A stretch of 64,000 bases of DNA from NCBI GenBank assembly GCA_951406725.2, contig OX597827.1:6014001-6078000 (forward strand), in the 5' to 3' direction. The notes under the pieces were generated by a model. It searched no databases, was not told the origin of the DNA, and saw only the letters and a list, made by a program, of their open reading frames with translations. This DNA comes from Octopus vulgaris. Lineage: Eukaryota. Positions 52,033-64,000 of this stretch are shown here, in pieces. A program made the position numbers and the translations under genes. The first letter of the stretch is position 1, and every line of letters starts with the position of its first letter.

Positions 52033-52430
52033 TATATCGTTACCAACGTCGCTTCACTGGCACCTGTGCTGGTGGCACGTGTAAAAAGATTCGAGCGAGG
52101 TCATTGCCAGTACCGCCTGACTGACACCCGTGCTGGTGGCATGTAAAAAGCACCCACTACACTCTCGGAGTGGTTTGTGTTAGGAAGGGCATCCAGCTGT
52201 AGGAACTCTGCCAGATCAAGATTCGAGCCTGGTGCAGCCATCTGGTTCGCCAGCCCTCAGTCAAAATCGTCCAACCCATGCTAGCATGGAAAGCGGACGT
52301 TAAACAATGATGATCATCATCATCATGATATATATATATATATATATATAATTGTTAAACAGGACATCAAACATTAAGGCAAAGCAAACATCTCAAGTCA
52401 TATACAATATTATAATACGAAGAAATTCAA

Positions 52431-52487
52431 AATCTTACAGTTGTTTCTAGGATATCCCTGAGTATGGGATATTCCATCATCAGAGAC
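52431..52487 (-). ncRNA. Minimal type I hammerhead motif in a PLE-type end
   Basis: gtct-CTGATGA-t-GGaATATCCC..GGGATATCC-ta-GAAAC-aact-GTA-agat. Confidence 0.6.
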
Positions 52488-53079
52488 AAATTGGGGGAAA
52501 AATATGGAAAATGAGAATGGTATATATCAATAAGATGACATCATAAAGGAAGTGAGTAAAAGAATAAGGAGATAGAAAGAAATAACATACATGAATATAT
52601 TTGTGTGTGTATGTGTGTATGAAGATATATATGCATGTGCTTGAGTGCTGTTCTCACACTGCTCGACAACCAGTTTTGTTTTGTTTACATCCCCACAACT
52701 TAGCAGTTCAGCAAAAAGAGACCAACTGAATGAGAATCAGACATGAATCATTAGTGTCAAGGTCAACGTGTAAAACTAAAACCCACCAAGCCAGTACTCC
52801 AGCATGGCCATAGTCCAATGACAAAACAAAGTTTAAGAAGATGGCCATAGACACACACATACACAAGGAGTTGGGACATTCGTGTCTGTGTGTCTGCCTC
52901 AGTGATTTCTTGTCTAAGTGTGTGATGTGTGTGTGTGATTCTAAGTGTGTCTGTGTGTTTGTTCTATTGTGAATGAATTTGTGGTGCACGTATGTTTTGA
53001 TTGCATGTGCATGAGAGAGTATAGATGCACATGTGCAGAATTTGTTGTGTCTGTGTGTTGGTTCTATTCAGTGTGTACT

Positions 53080-53112
53080 TGTGTGTGTGTGTGTGTGTGT
53101 GTGTGAGTGTGT

Positions 53113-53148
<36 letters not shown>

Positions 53149-53429
53149 AAGAAAGAGAAAAAGAGAAAGAGAGAGGGAGAGAATGCATGAGTTGTATATG
53201 TGTGTGCGTGTGTGTGTGTGTGTGCGACCGTGTGTGTGTGTTGGAGAGAGAGAGAGAGAAAGAGAAAGATAGAGAAAGAGAAAGAGAGAGAGAGTTAATG
53301 CATGAGTTGTATATGTGTGTGTGTGTGTGCAAGCATGTGTGTAAGTGTGTTGGAGAGAGAGAGAGAGAGAAAGAGAAAGTGAGAGAAAGAAAGAGAAAGA
53401 TAGAGAAAGAGAAAAAGAGAGAGAGAGAA

Positions 53430-53465
<36 letters not shown>

Positions 53466-53500
53466 TGCATGAGTTGTATATGTGTGTGTGTGCAAGTGTG
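53080..53500. repeat. Higher-order (TG)n/(AG)n repeat, three units
   Basis: Spacer tgcatgagttgtatatgtgtg at about 53183, 53299 and 53466. Confidence 0.8.
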
Positions 53501-54245
53501 GTGTATGTGTGCATGTTGGTTTTTGTGAGAGCATATGCTTATGTGCATGTGTGTGTGTGTATGTGTGCGTGTGCATGTGAGAGAGATCAAAAGAAAGTAA
53601 GAAAGAAAGAGAGAAAGAATGAGAGACAGAAAGAAAGAAAGAAAGAAACAGAGAAAGAGAGTGCTTGTGTTTATATGTGAGATAGGGTATATGTGAGTAT
53701 GTGTGTGAGTAGATGTGTGTATATGTACGCTTTTGTGTTTGTATGTGTGTATGCATGTGTGAGTGTGTATGTGTGTGTGTGTGTGTGTATGTGTACATCA
53801 TGTAAATGTATATGAATATCTGCACGAATAAATATGTCCATAGGTGTTTGCATGAATGCACATGGCCTAGTGGTTTGGGTGATGCACTTATGATTGTAAA
53901 ATCGTGGTTTCAGTCCCCAGACTGGGCAGTTCATTGTGTGCTTAAGCAAAACATTTCATTTCATAGTGCTTCATTCCACTCAACTATAATGAGTTTCAGC
54001 AAAAGATGGGAAGTTAAGGGTGAATGTTGTAATCTTAGCCACTTATATGCTGCAGAAACTGAGTTAAGCTCCAGCCCCGAGGGTCTTAGGACTCATGCGG
54101 GACCTAAGTTTAAAACGTGCCTCTGTTACGTACATGTCTAAGCATGCATGTATGCATACATTTGTCCTTAGCCATCTGGTCTACTGTTCTCAGGTAGGAT
54201 CATTCCACAGTGTCAAATTAATTGCTGAACTTGTAGTAGTTTAGT

Positions 54246-54780
54246 GTCCCCAAAGTCCATCCCCTCCTCACTGTGGCGGGGACGCTGGCAACGGGTAGTG
54301 TCAGAGCTATGCCGTCGGGAACTTCAGTTCCTGGTAGGGCCACAAAAGGCGGATTGGTCTGATACCGAGTGGTATTAGGGCCACAACTCGGCAGACGGGG
54401 CTCTGGTGAAAATCCTCAGAGTGTCTGTTTGCGTCCCCAAAGTCCATCCCCTCCTCACCGTGGTGGGGACGCTGGCAACGGGTAGTGTCAGAGCTATGCC
54501 GTCGGGAACTTCGGTTCCTGATAGGGCCACCCAAGGCGGATTGGTCTGACACTGAGTGGTATTAGGGCCACAACCCGGCAGACGGGGCTCTGGTGAAAAT
54601 CCTCGGAGTGTCTGCTTTGGCAACCGGCAGCTCATCGGTCGTTCTGTCCCTGCGTCTGCGGACAATCTGCAGCAAACAGGATATCTCTACATGCGGGATT
54701 GTTGGGGACCGCTTGTGAAATCCACATATTCCCATGATACTTCTTCCAAGGAAGAAGCCGACTCAACCTGCCCAGGGTGA
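54246..54780 (+). mobile_element. RTE-clade (BovB/Expander-like) LINE 5' end with tandemly duplicated 187-bp 5'UTR
   Basis: Units start at 54246 and 54433; gagctatgccgt...agggccacccaaggcgga resembles the BovB/Expander 5'UTR motif (from memory). Confidence 0.65.
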
Positions 54781-54849
54781 ATGTCACCACAAGTACAAGT
54801 ACAAGTTTAGCAGTGCTACACCAGGAAAATTGTATCAATGGATCAGCTG

Positions 54850-55545
54850 AGCTATGACTCTACTCCATAGAGTGAAGACATAGGAGATATGCAGTGATAT
54901 ATGTATGGAAGATCCTTGAAGGGTTGGCAGCAAAATTTGGTATTAAGAGCTATACCAGCCCTCATACTGGAGGTCACTGTGCTGTTCCAAAGGTTCCAGC
55001 TATACCATCTAGAATGAGGACCATGTACTGACTTGAGATTCAAGGGCCCACAGCTATTTAATGCCTTGCCAAAACATCTGAGAGATTTACATGGAATAGG
55101 GGGAGATGTTTCCAAGAGACATCTGGACTTCCTGCTGTTCAAGGTTCCAAATCAACCTACATCATGGAATGAGATGCAAAAGAGGGCAGCAATATCAAAC
55201 TCCCTCCTTCACAAAAAGTTAATCACAAAGGAATGGCCATTGCAAAGGTGATGACATTGGTGGTGTTCCAGCATTCTTTTCTGCTCTAGGCACAAGGCCC
55301 GAAATTCTAGGGAAGGGGGCCAGTTGATTAGATTGACCCCAGTACGTTACTGGTACATAATTTATTGACCCCGCAAAGATAAAAGCAAAGCTGACCTCGG
55401 CAGAATTTGAACTCAGAACATAAAGACAGACGAAATACTGTAAAGCATTTCACCAGATGTGCTAATGTTTCTGCCAGCCCACCGCCTTGGTGGTGTTCCA
55501 GCATTTCCACAGCCTTTGGGCTGAAATGTATAAAAGAATAAAAAC
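54850..55545 (+). mobile_element. CR1/L2-group LINE 3' end interrupted by SINE B (55276-55486, minus)
   Basis: RFKGPQLFNALPKHLRDLHG...RAAISNSL; SINE flanked by 19-bp duplication ttggtggtgttccagcatt (55257-55275/55487-55505). Confidence 0.85.
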
Positions 55546-57845
55546 ATACATGCAAAAAATATACATACTTACATACATTCATAGATACAGGCATGCATGC
55601 ATACATACATACATACATATATACATGATGATGATGGCTGCCCCCTCGTTATCGAGTATGGCCATTACACGAAGCTTAACTGTTATTGGTGCTGTGATCG
55701 AATGTGACTTTTATTTGCTTTTTAAGGCTACAGCCAGCCATTCAGTTGAGACTCACACCACCATCAACAATCATGAACAATGTTGTTACCGTGCAATTCC
55801 TGTGCAGGAAGATTTTTTTTAAAGTGAGGAAAGGTTGTGCACTGAGTCAATCCCACTCACTAAGCAACAGCAGCCATAATCCAAAAAGAAGAACAAGTCA
55901 ACATCATTGGTAACCACTGAGCCGCAGGTTTTATGTCGGAGTTATCCCAGTTTCCTGAGTTACCTTTCCCGAGAAGGATGCCCTAACAAAGGCTAGGAGA
56001 CCTTAACTCCCAATGGTTTAACCGCATGATCAAGTATTTAGTCCGATTATTTCTATGTCCCTGCACATGATACAGCCTTAAGCCTTAAGAAAAAAAAAAT
56101 TACACATTTATTGGATGGCCATTGACCCTCAAGAGTTCCTCCGCCCTTTGACATACATACATGCATACATATATACATACATACATACATACATACACAC
56201 ACACATAGATACAGACACATACACACATGCATACATACATAAATACATACAATACATACATACATACATATATACATACATACATACATACATACATACA
56301 TACATACATACATACATGTATACATACATACATACATACATAAACAGTAAAGGGCTGCAGGAAAAGGGCTGAAGTGTGTCTAGGTTACCAAGAATCTTTT
56401 AACCCTTTCGTTACTGTATATCTGTTGAGATTTTCTGTATTGATGAGGATGAGGACAGTAAACCCAGTACTCACGTTTTGCATTCAGCTGTAGTGTTATT
56501 GGAACAACAGGTGAATACAAAACCATTGCTGGTTACTGGAGCAATGGGAAACGTATCTAGAGCAAAATATATGTGAACTAGGCTCCTTAGATAAAAGACA
56601 GAGATAGGCATCCATCAGTCTTGGAAAACCATGGATCTGCACCTGGGGAATTTTGTGTCTGCTGCTGATGGGGTGCAGTGTCTGCTGTGGCTGTACAGAC
56701 CCACATGAGAGTGGCTGTCTTACATACAGTGTATGCATTTGAAGAAGCTTTCACCCTACGCTACTGACTTTGAGCATACTTTTCTTTGGTGGTATGTTCT
56801 GGTTTAAAGGGCAGAGAGTTTCCCAAACAATGACAGAAAGAACAAGAAAACACTTTTAAAAAGCAACTTTCCCTCTCTCTCTTTCGGAGAGGCACTGAGC
56901 AGCTATACGCACACATATACACACGGCAGTAACTTCCACCTACCGAATTCAATCATAAAACTCCGGTCGGCTCGGGGCTATAGTGGAAGACACCTACCCA
57001 AAGTGCCACGCAGTGGAACTGAACCCGAAACCATGTAGCTAGGAAGCAAGCTCCCTAACCACAAATTCTAAAGATCTAATTAGGAATAGGAAACACATAT
57101 ATACACACATACACATCTATGTATATAATACAAGGACATTAGATGATGATTGTAATGGGTGTGAGTGGATGTGTGTGTATATATATATATATAAATGCTA
57201 ATATGATAGATTGTTTGTGTTGTGCATTAGTTCACTCCCTCCATCACATCATCATTGCCTCTGCAAGTGTGCAGTGTACTGCATATGGATGTCAAAGTTA
57301 GTGACCAGGAATGTGAAATGAAATGGGTTTTTTTCAAGAACACAGTACACCTGCCGAGTACTGGAATGGAAATCATGATCTTGCCACTGCTAGGCCATGC
57401 AGATTTATATACACATGTGCCAATGTGCTGGTGGCACATGAAAAACAACATTCGAGCATGGTCGTTGCCGGTGCCGCTGGATTGGCTCCTGTGCAGGTAG
57501 CACGTAAAAACACCTTTTGAGCGTGGTCGTTGCCAGAACCGCCTGAATGTCCCTCGTGCTGGTGGCACATAAAAAGCACCTACTACACTCTTGGAGTGGT
57601 TGGCGTTAGGAAGGGCATCCAGCTGTAGAAACTTTGCCAGATCAGGTTAAGCCTGGTGCAGCCTGTGGCTCACCAGTCCTCAGTCAAACCGTCCAACCCA
57701 TGCCAGCATGGAAAGCGGACGTTAAACGATGATGATGATGATATTGGCGCATATATACATACAGACACACACACACACATATTGGGCATGTATGCATACA
57801 TACATACATAAATACATACATACATACAATAATTAACACCTTATA

Positions 57846-59254
57846 TAAGGTGCATTCTAGAAGTTTTGGGATGTTTTTTTAGGAGTAGCAGATATAACTG
57901 TCCTAGATTATTGTAATTATAGTATTTGATTTGATTACTATACATTTAATATGATGACCTGCCAACGTTTGTTATTCCAGACTAAAGGAAGTGACCATAA
58001 CAGCACTTTGGACACACCCTACTAAACACTGCTTGTCGCAGCTGACTGGTTTGCAGAATGTTGTTGGAATGGTTAGAAGCATGCTATGCAGCAAAGTTTT
58101 GTGTTAAACTGGGAAAAAACATGACAGAAACTTATGAAATACTCCAGACTGTGAATGGATTAACTTTTCCATGAGCACAAGAAATTCAAGGATGTAGAGA
58201 GGATGTGAGAGACAATGAGAGATGTTGGAGGAAGAAAGATGTCCAAACATCAAAGCTGTTTCAGAAAATTCACAGTTTTCTTCATGAAGCCTGTAGTGTG
58301 TCTATAAAGGCAACAAGCATACAGTTTGGAGTTGGTGTGGCATCTGTACACAGAACTATTCATGAAGATCTGAACAGGCACAAAATTTGTGCAATGTTTG
58401 TTCCAGTGATGAGTAAAGAAAAAAATAATAAATGCGCCTTTTAAATCCTAGCCTGGCTCATGGGCCCGGTTTCCCGGTGTCAATGGCGTATGTGTTCCCC
58501 AGGTGGATGGGACGCTTGTCCATTGCAGCATTGCTCATTTTTGCTAGCTGAGTGGACTGGAGCAATGTGAAATGAAGTGTTTTGCTCAAGAATACAATGC
58601 ATTGCCCAATCCAGGAATCGAAACCACAATCTTACGATCATGATGCTGACACCCTAATCCCTAAGCCACGCGCCTCCACAAAATAAATGTGCTCTTTTAA
58701 AGCCATGCCAGGCTCATGGACACGGTTTCCCGGTTTCAATGGCGTATGTGTTCCCCAGCCACTCCATTGCAGCGTTACTCATTTTTGCCAGCTGAGTGGA
58801 CTGGTGCAATGTGAAAAGAGTTTTGCTTAAGATTCTGGTCCAGGAATCGAAACCACAATCTTACGATCATGATGCTGACACCCTAACCACTAAGCCACAT
58901 GCTTCCACTTTAGTGATGAGTACCCTAGTAAAAAAAACAACTACTCGACAGATATGGACATCAAAACTGTTCCTCATTCTCCCCAGAGTCAGTCAAGACA
59001 GCATTGATCTCTCTTTGACTTTTGGTTGTTCACCAAGCTAAAGGAGAACCTCAAGGGCAAGTTGTAAAAAGGCTCCTGAACACCTTCATTTTGGAGGACA
59101 TCCATGGGGTCTTCATGAAATGGAAGGAGCAAATGCAAAATGGTCATTGAAGTCAGAGGATGAGATGTTGAAGAAGATAAGAGTTTTGTACTTCTTTGAG
59201 ATTAAAATATACGTCTCTCCTGAAGATGTTGGGAAACTTCTGGAATGCAACTTA
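57846..59254 (+). mobile_element. Internally deleted mariner element interrupted by two SINEs
   Basis: TA-flanked TIRs taaggtgcattctagaagttt / aaacttctggaatgcaactta; KFCVKLGKNMTETYEIL, SVHRTIHEDLNRHKICAMFVP, DFWLFTKLKENL. Confidence 0.8.
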
Positions 59255-59367
59255 TATTTTATACTTGTACATTCATTGAGATTTAAAGACACACAGAGTA
59301 GCTGTATGAAGTACAGCCATAAAAGAAAGAAATGCAGACACACATACTCAGGCACACACATACACGT

Positions 59368-59438
<71 letters not shown>

Positions 59439-59525
59439 CACACATGATCACACACACACACAGAAACACATACACATAAACACATATACACACACATGCA
59501 CATACACACATACAAACACACTCAT

Positions 59526-59558
<33 letters not shown>

Positions 59559-61860
59559 CAGAAACACGGACACATAAACACATATACACACACATGCACA
59601 TACACACATACAAACACTCATAAACACACACACAAACACACATGCACATATTCATGTATGTATGTGCAAGTGCATGTATGTATATGCTTGTGTGCATACA
59701 TACTAAACATGCATACCACTCATATACAAACATACATGTGTACTAGACTTGAATGTTTTCACGTATTCAAGTAGACATGCACAGTCATGTAATTTACATG
59801 CACACACACACACACATACACACTCCCACGCATGCATGCGTGGTTAGGGCAGCGAACTTGCGGTTGGAGGATCGTGGTTTCAATTCCCAGACTGGGTGTT
59901 GTGTGTGTGTTTATTGAGCGAAAACACCTAAAAGCTCCAAGAGGCTTCAGCAGGGGGTGGTGGTGACCCCTGTTGTACACTTTTGCCCCAACTTTCTCTC
60001 ACTCTCTCTTCCTGTTTCTTGAGTAACACTGTGATGGACTGGCATCCCATGTGGTGGGGGACACATACACCCCAGAAACCAGGAAACCAGGCCCATGAGC
60101 CTGACTGGGTTTGAAAAGGGCAACATTTATCATTCAATGATATTTAGTTTCAAATTTTGGTGCAATTTTGGCACAATTTCAGGTGAGGGGTCAAGTAGAC
60201 TACATAAATCCCATTGATCAACTGGTACTTTATTTTATCGACCTTGAAAGGTTGAAAGGCACTGTTGACCTTGGCAGAATTTGAACTCAGAACATAAAGA
60301 CAGATGAAATGCCACTAAGCAGATGTGGCTGTGTGGTAAGAAGCTTGCTTCTCAACCACATGGTTCCAGGTTCCGTCCCATTGTGTGGCACCTTGGGCAA
60401 GTGTCTTCTACTGTAGCCTCAGGCTGACCAAAGCTTTGTGAGTGGATTTGGGAAACGGAAACTGAAAGAAGCCCGTCATGTATATCTTTGTATCTGTGTT
60501 TGTCCCACCAGTCAGTGCTTGGCAACTGGAGTTGGTGTGTTTACATCCCTGTGACTTAGCAGTTTGGCAAAAGAGGCTCACAGAATAAGTACTAGGGTCA
60601 AAAAATAAGTCCTGGGGTCAATTTGTTTGACTAAAATACAAGGCAGTGCTCCAGCATGGCTGCAGTCAAATGACTGAAACGAATGAAAGAATTAAAGAAT
60701 AAAAGAATGAGCAATTTGTCTTGTGTGCTAATGATTTTATCAGCTTACCTCATTACAATTTCTAATTATATTTAATTATAAAAATATAATTGGATTTTGT
60801 AAACATAAAATAGCTATGATGGTCCATCTGAATAAAACAGAAATTAAGACAGTCCATAGGTGAAAAACAAATGGTTAAAGACCACAGTGTTAGACACTGA
60901 ATTACCCAATGATATAAAGTTTTGGTGGTTAGAGTTGGGATACCTTTGATCATAGGTTTGCTTGACCGGGGCTAACCTGGGGTTAAGTAGCTCAATAACT
61001 ACAACAGCACAAAGACAAAATATACACGCTCACTATTAAACACACTTTCCGAAATATAGAATTGTTTGTTCCTTCTCGAGCCATGCCTGGCTCATAAGGG
61101 CCGGTTCCCGGTTTCTTTGGCGTATAGGTTCCCCACCTGGATGGGACGCCGGTCCGTCGCAGGTGAGCTGCAAGATGCAGGAGGAAAGATTGAGAAAAAG
61201 TTGTGGAAAGAGTCAGCAGGAGTTCGCCTTTACCTTCTGCTGGAGCCGCGTGGAGCTTGGGTGTTTTGATCATAAACACACACACACGTCGCCCGGTCTG
61301 AGATTCAAACCTGCAATCTGTCGACCGTGAGTCCACTGCTCTAACCACTAGGCCATGTGCCTCCACAAATAGAGAATAGCCAAATATAAATTATTGATGC
61401 AAATACACAATCACAAACATACATATATGTAATGCAGACTTTTATAGGTGCTAAAATGGAAAGCTTCTCTGTAATCATTTGACCTGCTATAAACAACAGC
61501 CAAGTCTGTGATGGCTATGTGGTTCAGAAGTTTGCTTCAAAAGCATGTGGTTCTATGTTTGGTTTGTGTTTCCTATAATATCTTTGGATTGACCAGTGTT
61601 TCTTGAATGAAATTTGGCAGACTGAAATTGTGTGGAAACCAAATGTTGTGCATATCAATTGTCTGGTCATTTGCGTATACTCTTTTACAGTCATTTGACT
61701 GTGGCCATGCTGGAGCATCACCTTTAGTCGAGCAAATCGACCCCAGGACTTATTCTTTGTAAGCCTAGTACTTATTGTATCAGTCTCCTTTGCTGAATCA
61801 CTAAGTTACGGGGATGTAAACACACCAGCATCGGTTGTCAAGTGATGGTGGAGAGACAAG

Positions 61861-61891
<31 letters not shown>

Positions 61892-62060
61892 ACACACACA
61901 CACACACATACATAAATATACGACAGGCCTCTTTCAGTTTCCATCTACCAAATCTACTCACAAGGCTTTAGTCACTCCGAGGCTATAGTAGAAGACACTT
62001 GCCCAAGATGCCATGCAGTGGGACTGAACCTGGAACCATGTGGTTTTTAAGCAAGCTACT

Positions 62061-62908
62061 TACTTTTATCACCTTCAAAGTATTCTCCATTTGAAGCAAT
62101 GCATTAGTCCAGGTATGTTTTCCACAATTCAAGCAGTGCTGAAATTTTTGCAAAATGATGCTTTTTAATGCCTCTGTCGTTTTTTGCTTCACCTCTTCCA
62201 CATTTATAAATTCTGTAGCATCAGCTTTCGTCACCTGCGATGACTTTCGAAAAAAAAGGTCCGGATCAACTCACAACAGTTTTTGCAGTTCGCAACATTC
62301 ATTCAGTTGTGATTGCTTTTGATCTTCCATGAGTAAGCGAGATACGAATATAACTGCAACTCTTTCCATTCTCAGTCCCTCACTCAAAATTTGTTAGCAG
62401 GAGCTCCAGGACACACCAGTCATATCAACAAGTTCATCAATTGTTCAGCAACGTTCATTCAAGATCAGTTCATGAATTTCCATAATGTTTTCATCTGATC
62501 GGAAAGTCGACAGTCACCCTCAATGAGATTGGTCTTCGAGAAAGAAGTGACCATTCTAAAGTTTGGAAACCTCTTGTAAACTCATGTTTTGCTCATGGCA
62601 ATGTTCCTGTAAGCATGACAACTGTTGAAGCATGACAACTGTTTACGCCACCGTTTGCAACCAGCAGAAAACAAAATTCCTCAGAAGCACAGTTTTCCTT
62701 CATTTCAGCCATCAACAAAAATTGATGAACTGGGGAGAAGCACTGCAAAAGAAAGTCACACCATGTGGCAGTACGACTTCGCTTAAGGACACTGGTTGGC
62801 AGACTGATGCCTGAGGGTCGCATCCAGTGGTTTCTAGCAGCAGAAGTCTGAATTACAACGGGTTTGTCTCACAGAGAACGTTTCCGGTTACTTTTGGGTA
62901 CCTCTTCG
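62061..62908 (-). mobile_element. Internally deleted mariner element
   Basis: FINVEEVKQKTTEALKSIILQKFQHC (mariner C-terminus); terminus ta|cgaagaggtacccaaaagt. Confidence 0.75.
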
Positions 62909-63459
62909 TATATGTATGCATGTATGCATGGACAGATGGATGAATATATGTATACACATATAATATGTGTATATGAAAGTGTATATGGCAAGTGTATATA
63001 ATATGTGTATATGAAAGTGTATATGGCAAGTGAAAATTGAAATCGATCAACATCAATGGAAATTGCAGCTGTGATACCAATGCTAGTGGTATGTAAGAGA
63101 ACCATCCGAACGTGGCCGTTGCCAGCGCCACCCCGAATGGCTTCGTGCCGGTGGCACGTAAAAAGCACCATCTGATTGTGGCCGTTGCCAGCCTCGCCTG
63201 GCCCCCGTGCCGGTGGCACGTAAAAAGCACCATCTGGTCGTGGCCGTTTGCCAGCCTCGTCTGGCAGCTGTGCTGGTGGCATGTAAAAAGCACCCACTAC
63301 ACTCACAGATTGGTTGGCGTTAAGAAGGGCATCCAGCTGTAGAAACATTGCCAGATCAGACTGGGCCTGGTGCAGCCTTCTGGCTTCCCAGACCCCAGTT
63401 GAACCGTCCAACCCATGCCAGCATGGAAAGCAGACGCTAAACGAAGATGATGATGAAGA

Positions 63460-63494
<35 letters not shown>

Positions 63495-63698
63495 CTATTT
63501 ATACACACACACACACACACACACACACAAGGGGTATTCATTAAAGATTTTCCATGACCCACTTCCAGTTACAGGTATAATCATACATGTCTCTACATTT
63601 CACATTGTAAATTGCTGCCATCCACCAGAATTCCTTTGTCTTTTACAGCTGCTGAAGTGGACTAAGGTGTTATAATGGAAGCAGTTAAACGCTGAAAG

Positions 63699-63881
63699 TT
63701 ATGGTTTTCTTCTGGAGTTTTGTTTGGGAGAGGAGGTTTTTCCGTCTTTCTCAAAGACTGTCATTACTTTCAAGACAGTAATCCTTGATACACTAAACAT
63801 TTCAGCTGTTTTCTTTACTCTAGCACCTGCCATACAAGCACCAACAATTTGACCTCTTTGAAAGTCCAATAAATCTGTCAT
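63699..63881 (-). pseudogene. Tc1-like transposase N-terminal HTH remnant
   Basis: MTDLLDFQRGQIVGACMAGARVKKTAEMFSVSRITVLKVM...RRKP*. Confidence 0.75.
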
Positions 63882-64000
63882 TTTAATGAATTTTAATTAC
63901 CTTTTTCAGATGATATCTGAACAGAAACAGCAATTTTAACAAAACTTATTTAGCAACACTAATAATAAATTTAAAAATAAACATAAAAATAAACAAGGTT

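Noticed and set aside
54307-54780. GC-rich ORFs as host exons or foreign DNA
   Set aside because: Better explained as an RTE-type 5'UTR tandem; peptides unrecognisable.

Overview
AT-rich, repeat-saturated eukaryotic DNA. The tRNA-derived SINE families and the dense (TA)n/(CA)n/(TATG)n/(TAGA)n/(TAA)n/(CAT)n microsatellites point to a coleoid cephalopod, most likely Octopus (inference from recalled repeat families, not a search). I find no intact host protein-coding gene; nearly all listed ORFs are read-through of microsatellites, SINEs or decayed transposons. Supported content: dozens of SINE copies from about four families; decayed LINEs (CR1/L2-like, RTE/RTE-X, R4/Dong-like RLE); Penelope-like element (PLE) remnants; three non-autonomous Helitrons; piggyBac-, hAT- and MULE-like MITEs (one family carrying TTAGGG repeats); and mariner/Tc1 remnants. 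Most interesting: (i) several minimal type I hammerhead ribozyme motifs, some with unusual cores (U3-A8, A6U), in PLE-type fold-back insertions, one family apparently fused to a tRNA-derived head; (ii) an exact-period 4 x 184-bp head-to-tail SINE concatemer; (iii) a tandem dimer of a structured RTE-type 5'UTR with ribozyme-like features; (iv) long inverted repeats able to form dsRNA. Coordinates were read by eye and repeat edges may be off by some bases.
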